In this document: positions 57,160-64,000 of the stretch, one piece after another
How positions within the stretch are numbered: position 1 is the first letter of the stretch
How the letters are laid out: the number at the start of each line of letters is the position of its first letter
DNA from: an uncultured Eubacteriales bacterium
Lineage (GTDB): Bacteria > Acidobacteriota > Aminicenantia > Aminicenantales > Aminicenantaceae
Length of the DNA: 64,000 bases
Assembly: GCA_964505785.1 (NCBI GenBank)
Contig: CAZDJZ010000007.1
Coordinates: 35,629-99,628 of the forward strand
Reading direction: 5' to 3'
Made by a program: the position numbers and the translations under genes
The notes under the pieces: model-generated
Seen by the model: only the letters and a program-made list of their open reading frames with translations
What the model was told of the DNA's origin: nothing
The model's database searches: none

Positions 57160-58295
57160 TGGACCACCTCTGTCACATCCACGGGTGCACCTGCTTCTAA
57201 TCCATAATTACCTTCTATGACTACCAGCTCGCCTTCCAACAATCCTGAAAGAATTTCCACCATGGTCTCGTTTTGCAAACCGATCTCAACATTCCGCCGT
57301 TCAACTTTGTTTTCTTTGATCACAAAAACATAGCTGTTGTCCAGAATCGCCTTTTGAGGGACAGCTATAACATCTTTCCGTGAACTGATTTCCAGCCTGA
57401 TTTTGCCGAATGTATTCGGACGCAGAAGGTATTCGGGATTATCCGCCTGGATTTCCACCTTAAATTTCTTGCTGACCGGGTCAGCCGCAAGATTCACAAC
57501 CGATACCCGTCCTTCAAACATGCGGCCGGGGTAAGCGGAGACAGACAACGCAGCCGTTTGGCCTTTTTGGATAAGCACGACATCTTCATGGGCTGCTTCA
57601 ACTTCAATTTTGACTTTGCTGTAATCCATCAGGGTTAGAACACCGCTGTCAGGAGAAAATCCCCCCATCATGGGATTAATCACATCGCCTTCTTCTGCAT
57701 TTTTTGATGCCACAATCCCGGAAAAAGGTGCCCGCATGATGGAAACCTCCAGATTATATCGGGCAAGATTAACAGCCGCCCTGGCTTGCTTCAATTGCGC
57801 TTGAGCGGATTCATAGGCCAGGGACACCTTTTCCAGCTGCTGTTGAGAAACGGCGTTTTCTTCCCGCAGCCTTTCCATTCTTTTTAAATTTTTCTCCGTA
57901 TCTTCGGCATTGGCTTCAGCGGCTGACAGGGAGGCTTGGGCCTGCTCCAGTTGAAGCTTAATCGAACGGGTATCCAGTTCCGCCAGTAATTGTCCTTGAC
58001 TGACCTGGACACCTTCCTCTACATGGATTTTTGCGATTTTTCCTCCGACTTCCGGAGTAATGATCATTTTGCGCCTCGGTTCTATGGTTCCGGTATAAGT
58101 AAGCTGATCCGATATTCTGTCCCGGCTGACTTTATAGGCTTTGACCGGAGCCGCGCCGAAACTTTCCTGTGGTTGTGCCTCTTCCGGCTGATCCGGGGGA
58201 GACTGGCAGACCGTCATGGCAGCGGCAGCGGCAATGACAAGAATGATTTGACCCAACCATTTTGAATTTGTTTTCACTTTTTTTAATTGACTCAT
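57156..58295 (-). CDS. RND efflux periplasmic adaptor (membrane fusion protein, HlyD/AcrA family)
   Basis: Signal anchor, coiled-coil hairpin (LEQAQASLSAAEANAED...LKQARAAVNLARYNLE), and beta-barrel and MP domains. 4-nt overlap with the RND gene. Confidence 0.9.
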   Translation of the reverse strand: MSQLKKVKTNSKWLGQIILVIAAAAAMTVCQSPPDQPEEAQPQESFGAAPVKAYKVSRDRISDQLTYTGTIEPRRKMIITPEVGGKIAKIHVEEGVQVSQGQLLAELDTRSIKLQLEQAQASLSAAEANAEDTEKNLKRMERLREENAVSQQQLEKVSLAYESAQAQLKQARAAVNLARYNLEVSIMRAPFSGIVASKNAEEGDVINPMMGGFSPDSGVLTLMDYSKVKIEVEAAHEDVVLIQKGQTAALSVSAYPGRMFEGRVSVVNLAADPVSKKFKVEIQADNPEYLLRPNTFGKIRLEISSRKDVIAVPQKAILDNSYVFVIKENKVERRNVEIGLQNETMVEILSGLLEGELVVIEGNYGLEAGAPVDVTEVVQ

Positions 58296-58305
58296 TGTTC
58301 CTTCC

Positions 58306-59625
58306 TTACTCTATTCCCATCGCTCTATTCAACTCCGCCTGCGCGACAACATAATCGTACAAGGCCTGTGAATAATTGGTTTTTGCCTGGGCGAGTGCTG
58401 TTTGAGCCTGCTGCACATCCAGTACTGTCACCATTCCCTCTTTGAAATTCAATTCAGCAATCCTCAAGCTTTCACGGGCTTGATCAACATTTTTTTCCTG
58501 GGATATCATCGTTTGCCTGGCTCCCTCCAAATTTAGGACCGCTTGCCTGACTTCAAGCCTGATTTGATCCATCAATCCTTTTTGATTTAATTCCAGTTCC
58601 TTGACGGCGGTCTTTGCCTGTGCGACCTTGGCATGAGTCGCCAAACCGTTAAAAAGGGGGATATTGACTAATAAATTAAGGGAATAAAAATTCTGCCAGG
58701 TATCCGCCTTAAGATTGAACTGGTCCGACCAGTAATTATACTGCCCCGAAATTGAGACCGACGGCAACCCGGATGCCGCAGCCATATTAACGGCTTCTCC
58801 AGCCATTCTTTTTTGGAAACGGAACTGCTTAAGTTCCGGCCGTTTTTCCACAGCCGTATTTAAACATTCTTCCAAAACCGGCTCCACCGGCTCATACTTG
58901 AGCTCCCCTTTTACTTCAATAGGATGAGACTGGTCCATTCCGAGAATATTTTTCAGGCTTAGTTTTGCAACCTCAAGATTATTCCGGGCCCTGATCAGCT
59001 GCGGCTTCAAATTCGCGACTTGAACTTCAGATCGTAATAAATCGAACTTGGATGCCAAGCCGACTTCATATTGAATTTGAATATTATTATGCAGCTTTTC
59101 CGCAACATCTACGGCTTCCTGGGCCACATCAATAAATTCCCTGGCCAACAGAATGCCGTAAAATGCTCTTTTTGTATTGAAAATTATATTCTGCTGTGAT
59201 TGACGCAAACCTTCCCGTGATGATTTCACTTGATAATTCGCTTGTTTATAACCGGAAATCAACTGCCCTCCCGTAAATACCGGAATATTCAGGGCAAGCG
59301 TCAATTGATAATCACGAGTGAAGTCCACTTCCACTCTTTGCGGCGGATCCCCCGGAACCATGGAAGGAAATTCCAATTCCATGACTTTTTCAGATAAATT
59401 TTTAGTTCCCTGGGCATTGAGCGAGGGGAAAAACGCAGCGGCGGCTTGCCTAACCTGGCTTTGAGCTGAAGCCACCTTTTTTTCCGCGGCCAAATGAAAG
59501 GGATTTTGCTCCAGAGCCAGCCTTAGGCTGTCCTCAAGAGTCAATGTTATCTTTTCTTGAGACTGGAGCGGGATTCCTGTGCAAGTATAGCCGCACATCA
59601 ACAAAATCAGCATCATTTTCTTCAT
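58306..59625 (-). CDS. TolC-family outer membrane efflux protein
   Basis: Two TolC repeats with characteristic coiled-coil segments (LTLEDSLRLALEQNP..., YDYVVAQAELNRAMG). Confidence 0.9.
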   Translation of the reverse strand: MKKMMLILLMCGYTCTGIPLQSQEKITLTLEDSLRLALEQNPFHLAAEKKVASAQSQVRQAAAAFFPSLNAQGTKNLSEKVMELEFPSMVPGDPPQRVEVDFTRDYQLTLALNIPVFTGGQLISGYKQANYQVKSSREGLRQSQQNIIFNTKRAFYGILLAREFIDVAQEAVDVAEKLHNNIQIQYEVGLASKFDLLRSEVQVANLKPQLIRARNNLEVAKLSLKNILGMDQSHPIEVKGELKYEPVEPVLEECLNTAVEKRPELKQFRFQKRMAGEAVNMAAASGLPSVSISGQYNYWSDQFNLKADTWQNFYSLNLLVNIPLFNGLATHAKVAQAKTAVKELELNQKGLMDQIRLEVRQAVLNLEGARQTMISQEKNVDQARESLRIAELNFKEGMVTVLDVQQAQTALAQAKTNYSQALYDYVVAQAELNRAMGIE

Positions 59626-59628
59626 GAT

Positions 59629-60297
59629 TTACTCCTTTTTGCTCCTTATACCGTTGAGAAAATAATCATGCAGGAGATCCGCACTTTGCTCTACGGAATA
59701 ATTTTTTTCCCGCATGGGCCCTCTAAAATGGAACCCCCTCAGCATGGCGCCGAATATATAGGCGGCTTCTTCAACATCCACATTGCGAAATTCTCCGGCG
59801 GAAACACCCTCCCGGATAATTTCGCAGGAAGATTGAAACATATACTGCACCATCTGCCGGAAATCATCGGGAATATGCTCCTTCGCTTCACAAAGCATTA
59901 TGTGACTTTTCATATCCATCCCCATAATTTTTTTCATCACTTCCGGTTCGAAAAAAAATATCCTGGCTATATTCTGTTTCTGCTGGTAATAATGAAGAAT
60001 AAATAAAACCATATGTTTGATTTTAGATTCTGCAGAATCGGCAGCCTGCCGGATTTTTTCGATCTCATCCCGTGCTTCCCGGAAGGAATTCAAGACAATT
60101 TCTGAAAAAATCTCCAGCTTACTGTTAAAATACCGGTAAATCGTCGCCTTGGAAAACTGAGCTTCCTCCGCGATATCATCGACGGACGTCTGAGTAAAAC
60201 CATTTCGAGCGAAAATATCTTCCGCCGCCTCCAATATAAACTGCCGATTTTCCAGTCTGCGCTTTTCCTTTCTCTGATCTCTTAAGTTTTTTTTCAT
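59629..60297 (-). CDS. TetR/AcrR-family transcriptional regulator
   Basis: HTH region FTQTSVDDIAEEAQFSKATIYRYFNSK. Start at MKKNLRD (60297). First gene of the efflux operon. Confidence 0.9.
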   Translation of the reverse strand: MKKNLRDQRKEKRRLENRQFILEAAEDIFARNGFTQTSVDDIAEEAQFSKATIYRYFNSKLEIFSEIVLNSFREARDEIEKIRQAADSAESKIKHMVLFILHYYQQKQNIARIFFFEPEVMKKIMGMDMKSHIMLCEAKEHIPDDFRQMVQYMFQSSCEIIREGVSAGEFRNVDVEEAAYIFGAMLRGFHFRGPMREKNYSVEQSADLLHDYFLNGIRSKKE

Positions 60298-60320
60298 AAT
60301 AAACTCACCAGTTCTTAACA

Positions 60321-60336
60321 TAAACTTAACAGTTTA
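60321..60336. promoter_or_regulatory. candidate TetR operator (short inverted repeat)
   Basis: taaact-taac-agttta, with 6-bp arms, lies 24-39 nt upstream of the TetR start. The support is weak and positional only. Confidence 0.25.
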
Positions 60337-60681
60337 CTTCTAAAACTTTTTGGTTTAAAGTAGCAAAAATCCCCCTCCATTGTCAAGCGCCCGGAATAGA
60401 TTTATACGACTTTTTGCTCCTAAGGTTTAAGTCCATTGAGATTTGTCTTGACTAGCCCGCTGCGCTCGCGTTCATCGCGTTCAATATAAAATGAAGAGAA
60501 TCATATTTACAATCATTCTATTACAGCGTATTAATACAGCGAATAGTCTGATGCAATCCATTCACCATTTACCATTCACCGGTTTTCCGATTCACGATTC
60601 ACGCCTTCTAGGCGTTTCGCTTGGTGCGTTAACGATGCATAGATTGTTCACGGGCCAGACGACGAACATTCTTTAATTCAT

Positions 60682-60799
60682 TGTCGTCTCGAGGAGCGGA
60701 GCGACGAGGGATCTCATAGTGCCCCGTATGGACAAAATGGAGATACTGTCCTGCAGAAACGATGCAGCCTGAGATCCTGCGCTTCGCTCAGGATGACAT
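60682..60799. repeat. B-type element, short copy
   Basis: tgtcgtctcgaggagcggagcgacgagggatctcatagtgccccg on the left and gagatcctgcgcttcgctcaggatgacat on the right, in inverted orientation. Confidence 0.6.
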
Positions 60800-60910
60800 T
60801 AGATGCGGTAAGATCCACCCCGCCCAAAGGGTTAAAAATGGCGATTAAAATATGAATAAAAAAGGAAAAAGATTAATAAATCGGCATCGCCATTTTTTAT
60901 TATGAACAAT
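60800..60910. repeat. A-type element, partial copy with shortened loop
   Basis: agatgcggtaagatccaccccgcccaaagggtt core. Stem aaaaatggcgat (60834-60845) pairs with atcgccattttt (60886-60897). Terminus-like tatgaacaatc abuts the xerD stop codon. Confidence 0.55.
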
Positions 60911-61813
60911 CTATGCCCGGGGGTGGAACTTGTCATAGACCTGCCGCATACGGCGACGGGAAACATGGGTATAAATCTGAGTGGTGGTAATCTGACTGTG
61001 ACCCAGCATCATCTGGACAGAGCGTAAATCGGCACCCCGCTCTAAAAGATGGGTGGCAAAAGAATGGCGCAAAACATGCGGGCTTATACCTGGATCCAAT
61101 CCTGCCCGGTTCGCATACTTTTTCAGCATCTTCCAAAATCCCTGGCGTGTGAAATAACTTCCCCTGGATGTCAAAAAAAGAAAATCCGTCTCTTGCTTCA
61201 ACAGCACGGGCCTCGCTGATTCCAAATACGATCTGACTGCCTTGGATGCGGATTTACCCAAGGGAACCACCCTTTCTTTACTGCCTTTTCCCCGGCAGAT
61301 GAGAAATCCATCCTGAAAATTGATGTCCTTGGTCCTCAGTTTGATCAATTCGGACACCCGCAGGCCGGTGGCATACATCAATTCCAGCATGGCAACATCA
61401 CGGCATCCCCGGGTTTCCCGGCTATCCGGCTGGTTGAGCAGCTTTTCCACTTCTTCAAACTTCAAAAATTTCGGCAGATTGAGCCATAATTTGGGAGCGC
61501 CAAGGTTCTCCGCCGGATTTTTTTTCAGAGTTCCGTCCAGAATCAGAAAACGGTAAAAGGCCCGAATGGCGGAAACAGCGCGGGCAACAGAACGGGCGGA
61601 CAGGCCGGCTTTGCGCTGGTCATGGATAAATTTGACCAGATGAGACTCCTCCACTTTTTCCCAGGTAATCTTTTCCTTGCGCAGGAAATAAAACAGCTTC
61701 ATAAGGTCCAGAGAATAGGACTGCAGTGAATTGGAAGATAAACCCTTTTCAACGGATAAATAATCCAGAAATATCCTCAAGATTTCTTCATCCGGAGAAG
61801 AAAGCGCGTTCAT
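60911..61813 (-). CDS. xerD: tyrosine site-specific recombinase XerD
   Basis: N-terminal FLDYLSVEKGLSSNSLQSYSLDL. Catalytic region HVLRHSFATHLLERGADLRSVQMMLGHSQITTTQIYTHV; 300 aa. Confidence 0.8.
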   Translation of the reverse strand: MNALSSPDEEILRIFLDYLSVEKGLSSNSLQSYSLDLMKLFYFLRKEKITWEKVEESHLVKFIHDQRKAGLSARSVARAVSAIRAFYRFLILDGTLKKNPAENLGAPKLWLNLPKFLKFEEVEKLLNQPDSRETRGCRDVAMLELMYATGLRVSELIKLRTKDINFQDGFLICRGKGSKERVVPLGKSASKAVRSYLESARPVLLKQETDFLFLTSRGSYFTRQGFWKMLKKYANRAGLDPGISPHVLRHSFATHLLERGADLRSVQMMLGHSQITTTQIYTHVSRRRMRQVYDKFHPRA

Positions 61814-62433
61814 TGAATAAATGGATTGCTGTTTTTTTCCTGACCCACGGTTGTAGGCGGCCCATGCCCCGGAAAAACCCTCAAGTCCTCATCCAGGGTA
61901 AAAATTTTTGTTTTTATGGAGGCCATCAATTGGTCCCAACTCCCTCCGGGCAAATCGGTGCGCCCCACTCCCTGATTGAACAGAGTGTCCCCGGACAAGA
62001 TGAACCAATCTCCAACCAGGGTGATTCCGCCCGGCGAATGCCCGGGGGTGTGTATGACTTTTAATCCGGAAACCGCACCGATATCCACCATATCCCCATC
62101 TTCCAAAAATTTATCCGGTAAAGGAGACTTCTTGGCCCCCAGCATCAAGGCAAACGCGGATTGCAGGGCATTTGACAAAAGCTTCCCGTCCCCGGAATGG
62201 ATCAGCAAAGGAACGGAATACATTTCTATGATATCTTTATTAGCCCCGATATGATCAACATGTCCGTGGGTATTAATCAGCATCACCGGTTTAAGATCAA
62301 ATTGATCAATAGAGGCAATAATCTTTTTCGGTTCAGCTCCGGGGTCCACTACCGCCGCCTCCCTCGTCTTTTCATCATAGACAAGATAACAATTCGCCTC
62401 TAAAGCGCCGACGACAACCGTTTCTACTTTCAT
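61810..62433 (-). CDS. MBL-fold metallo-hydrolase (glyoxalase II-like)
   Basis: NTHGHVDHIG (HxHxDH), HTPGHSPG and GHGPPTT. 4-nt overlap with xerD. Confidence 0.85.
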   Translation of the reverse strand: MKVETVVVGALEANCYLVYDEKTREAAVVDPGAEPKKIIASIDQFDLKPVMLINTHGHVDHIGANKDIIEMYSVPLLIHSGDGKLLSNALQSAFALMLGAKKSPLPDKFLEDGDMVDIGAVSGLKVIHTPGHSPGGITLVGDWFILSGDTLFNQGVGRTDLPGGSWDQLMASIKTKIFTLDEDLRVFPGHGPPTTVGQEKNSNPFIQ

Positions 62434-62552
62434 TATGAATTCATAATAGTATTTTCCTCAGGGATGAGTCAAGCTCTGCCTGAAAGGTCCGTTACAAGTC
62501 AAAATCGAACAGGGCTTGACTCGTCCTGGCATATGAATATAATGCCTCCATA

Positions 62553-63350
62553 ATGCCCGGCACACATTGGCAGCTGCAAATTGCGGAAAAATCCTTAAAA
62601 AAAAGAGAAAAACTCAACCTGCTGAAAAAATATCTGCACACATCTACATCCGAGAAGATTCTCGACCTGGGCTGCGCCCAAGGAATCATCAGTTATTACC
62701 TTAGAAAAAACCCGGGGTACTGGATAAGCGCGGACCTGGATTTATCTAATCTCAGCTCCGCCCGGGAACTCATCTCCGGCGGAATGGTTCAGCTGGGGGA
62801 TACTTCGCTCCCTTTCATTTCAGGCAGCCTTGATCAGGTTATCAGCCTGGATTTTCTCGAACATCTTGATGACGACAATAAATGCCTTCAGGAAATCCAT
62901 AGGATCCTCAAGCCCGGAAGCCGGTTTCTGTTGGCTGTGCCCCGGACCGGAAATATATTTTTTCTGCACCGGATTAGACCCCGGCTTGGAATGCCGCTGG
63001 CAGTCTACGGCCATAAACGGGAAGGATATACTTTAAATAACATTAAGCAAAAATTGGAGAACTCCGGGTTTTCTTTCATCCGGCATAAGCGCTTTTCCGG
63101 CTTTTTGACCGAAGCCACAGAGCTTCTGCTTAACGTTATATACACCCGGTTTTTAGCTCCCAAAGAAAAAAAACAATTGCGTGACGGTCATATTCGCCCG
63201 GCCAATGCCGAAGAATTTCATAGCCGGAAAAACGCCATTAGGCTCTATGCCCTGATTCATCCACTAATCTGGCTGTTTACCCGCTTGGACCGGCTGTTTT
63301 TTTTCCAGCGCGGATACGCCCTTATGATCTGGGCCCAAAAAATCCCGTGA
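62553..63350 (+). CDS. class I SAM-dependent methyltransferase
   Basis: Motif I ILDLGCAQG, then DQVISLDFLEHL and LKPGSRFL. Confidence 0.75.
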   Translation: MPGTHWQLQIAEKSLKKREKLNLLKKYLHTSTSEKILDLGCAQGIISYYLRKNPGYWISADLDLSNLSSARELISGGMVQLGDTSLPFISGSLDQVISLDFLEHLDDDNKCLQEIHRILKPGSRFLLAVPRTGNIFFLHRIRPRLGMPLAVYGHKREGYTLNNIKQKLENSGFSFIRHKRFSGFLTEATELLLNVIYTRFLAPKEKKQLRDGHIRPANAEEFHSRKNAIRLYALIHPLIWLFTRLDRLFFFQRGYALMIWAQKIP

Positions 63351-63431
63351 ATAATTCACATCTCATCCGGCACCGTAATTGCATAGATTTTGAGATTTGA
63401 GATTTAAGTATTATCAAATTATAATTACATT

Positions 63432-63812
63432 ATGGATGTCTTTTTAACACGCACGGCGCTGCGTCAAATTGAGGGCCTCTTTTTAGGGAAGTCCCTATCC
63501 AGCGGATTGATGATGGGGCATAGACGCGGGAACCGTTTTGTGGTTGAATCCATTTTTCCTCTTCCTGACGTTCTGTCTTTTCCATTGGATAAACACATTC
63601 GGCTCACCCGGATTTTCGGCCCGGATTTTATCGGATATTTCACCACTGTTCCAGGGGATAAGCCGCCTGAACAGATCATGGCGCCCTTTGCATCAGGAAT
63701 GTTATTCAGCCGCTTGGGAAACCAAACATCGGAAATGAATTTTTTCCAAATTGAATATAATGGAAAATTCTGCCTTCAAAAATTGAATTATACCAGTCAG
63801 GAGCCATCATGA
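63432..63812 (+). CDS. hypothetical protein, translationally coupled to the AMMECR1 gene
   Basis: 126-aa ORF whose TGA overlaps the downstream ATG (ATGA at 63809-63812). No motif recognised. Confidence 0.45.
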   Translation: MDVFLTRTALRQIEGLFLGKSLSSGLMMGHRRGNRFVVESIFPLPDVLSFPLDKHIRLTRIFGPDFIGYFTTVPGDKPPEQIMAPFASGMLFSRLGNQTSEMNFFQIEYNGKFCLQKLNYTSQEPS

Positions 63813-64000
63813 GTGAATTACTCAATATTGATCAAAAAAGATTTTTATTAAAACTGGCCCGCGACTCCATTATCCATTATTTGGACACTGGAACCTATTT
63901 GAAAATCAATATATCCGACGGCATTCTGAAAGAAAAGCGGGGAGCGTTTGTAACCCTTAAACAAGACAGCAGGCTCAAGGGATGTATCGGTTTTCCAATA
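63809..64000 (+). CDS. AMMECR1-domain protein (AmmeMemoRadiSam system protein A-like), 3'-truncated by the window
   Basis: My own translation gives MSELLNIDQKRFLLKLARDSIIHYLDTG...KRGAFVTLKQDSRLKGCIGFP. This contains the AMMECR1 RGAFVTL...L(R/K)GCIG signature. It is absent from the ORF track because no stop lies within the window. Confidence 0.85.
   Translation, partial: MSELLNIDQKRFLLKLARDSIIHYLDTGTYLKINISDGILKEKRGAFVTLKQDSRLKGCIGFPI

Noticed and set aside
60298-60681. Possible ncRNA or small gene in the 380-bp region upstream of the TetR gene (including ORF 60491-60676)
   Set aside because: The region consists of B-type word modules (gaacgcga in reverse complement at 60440-60480, and gtgaatgg/gtgaatcg words at 60560-60615) homologous to 2460-2540. 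The ORF translation is repeat-driven. I could not support a specific RNA family by eye.
52264-61813. Genomic island bounded by tRNA-Leu and a tyrosine recombinase (baeRF-like gene plus efflux operon as cargo)
   Set aside because: The recombinase has the size and motifs of housekeeping XerD and is co-transcribed with an MBL hydrolase. The region lies on the 5' side of the tRNA rather than its 3' end. I saw no direct repeat of the tRNA 3' end.

Overview
This 64-kb chromosomal window appears to come from an uncultivated diderm bacterium. The diderm call rests on a TolC/MFP/RND operon, OMP-type beta-barrels ending in Phe, and Tat and lipoprotein signals. The gene content (GWxTD proteins, CarboxypepD_reg/TonB-like OMPs, M14 and S9 peptidases, a DUF5916 OMP) resembles Acidobacteriota- or Aminicenantes-like lineages, but that is inference only. 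I support about 50 CDS and one tRNA-Leu(CAG). All functional calls come from motif recognition by eye; no searches were run.

Housekeeping genes include tsaD, mtnA, lepA, tatA, xerD and a ROK kinase. There is a peptide and amino-acid scavenging set: M14 carboxypeptidase, S9 peptidase, aminotransferase, a DAACS symporter and an APC-USP permease. Other units are an ABC-2 exporter and a TetR-TolC-MFP-RND efflux operon.

Three things stand out:
- Almost every long intergenic spacer is filled by two mosaic, non-coding repeat families. The A-type is about 250 bp and MITE-like, with termini and an internal stem that co-vary between copies. The B-type is bounded by inverted copies of a GTCATCCTGAGCGAAGCGACGGATCT-like motif and filled with chains of 7-9-nt tandem 'words'. 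Their ends repeatedly coincide with stop or start codons.
- A translationally coupled five-gene operon (17.4-23.1 kb) looks like a Dlt-type carrier-protein/MBOAT surface-acylation machine. It is built around a fatty-acyl-AMP ligase plus a B12-binding radical-SAM enzyme.
- Several orphan oddities occur: a bacterial archaeo-eukaryotic release-factor-like protein with a zinc ribbon next to the tRNA, a radical-SAM-like protein with no CX3CX2C motif, a GWxTD gene pair, an exported DUF362 protein and an orphan LarA-like gene.

No CRISPR array, transposase, phage gene or rRNA was seen.
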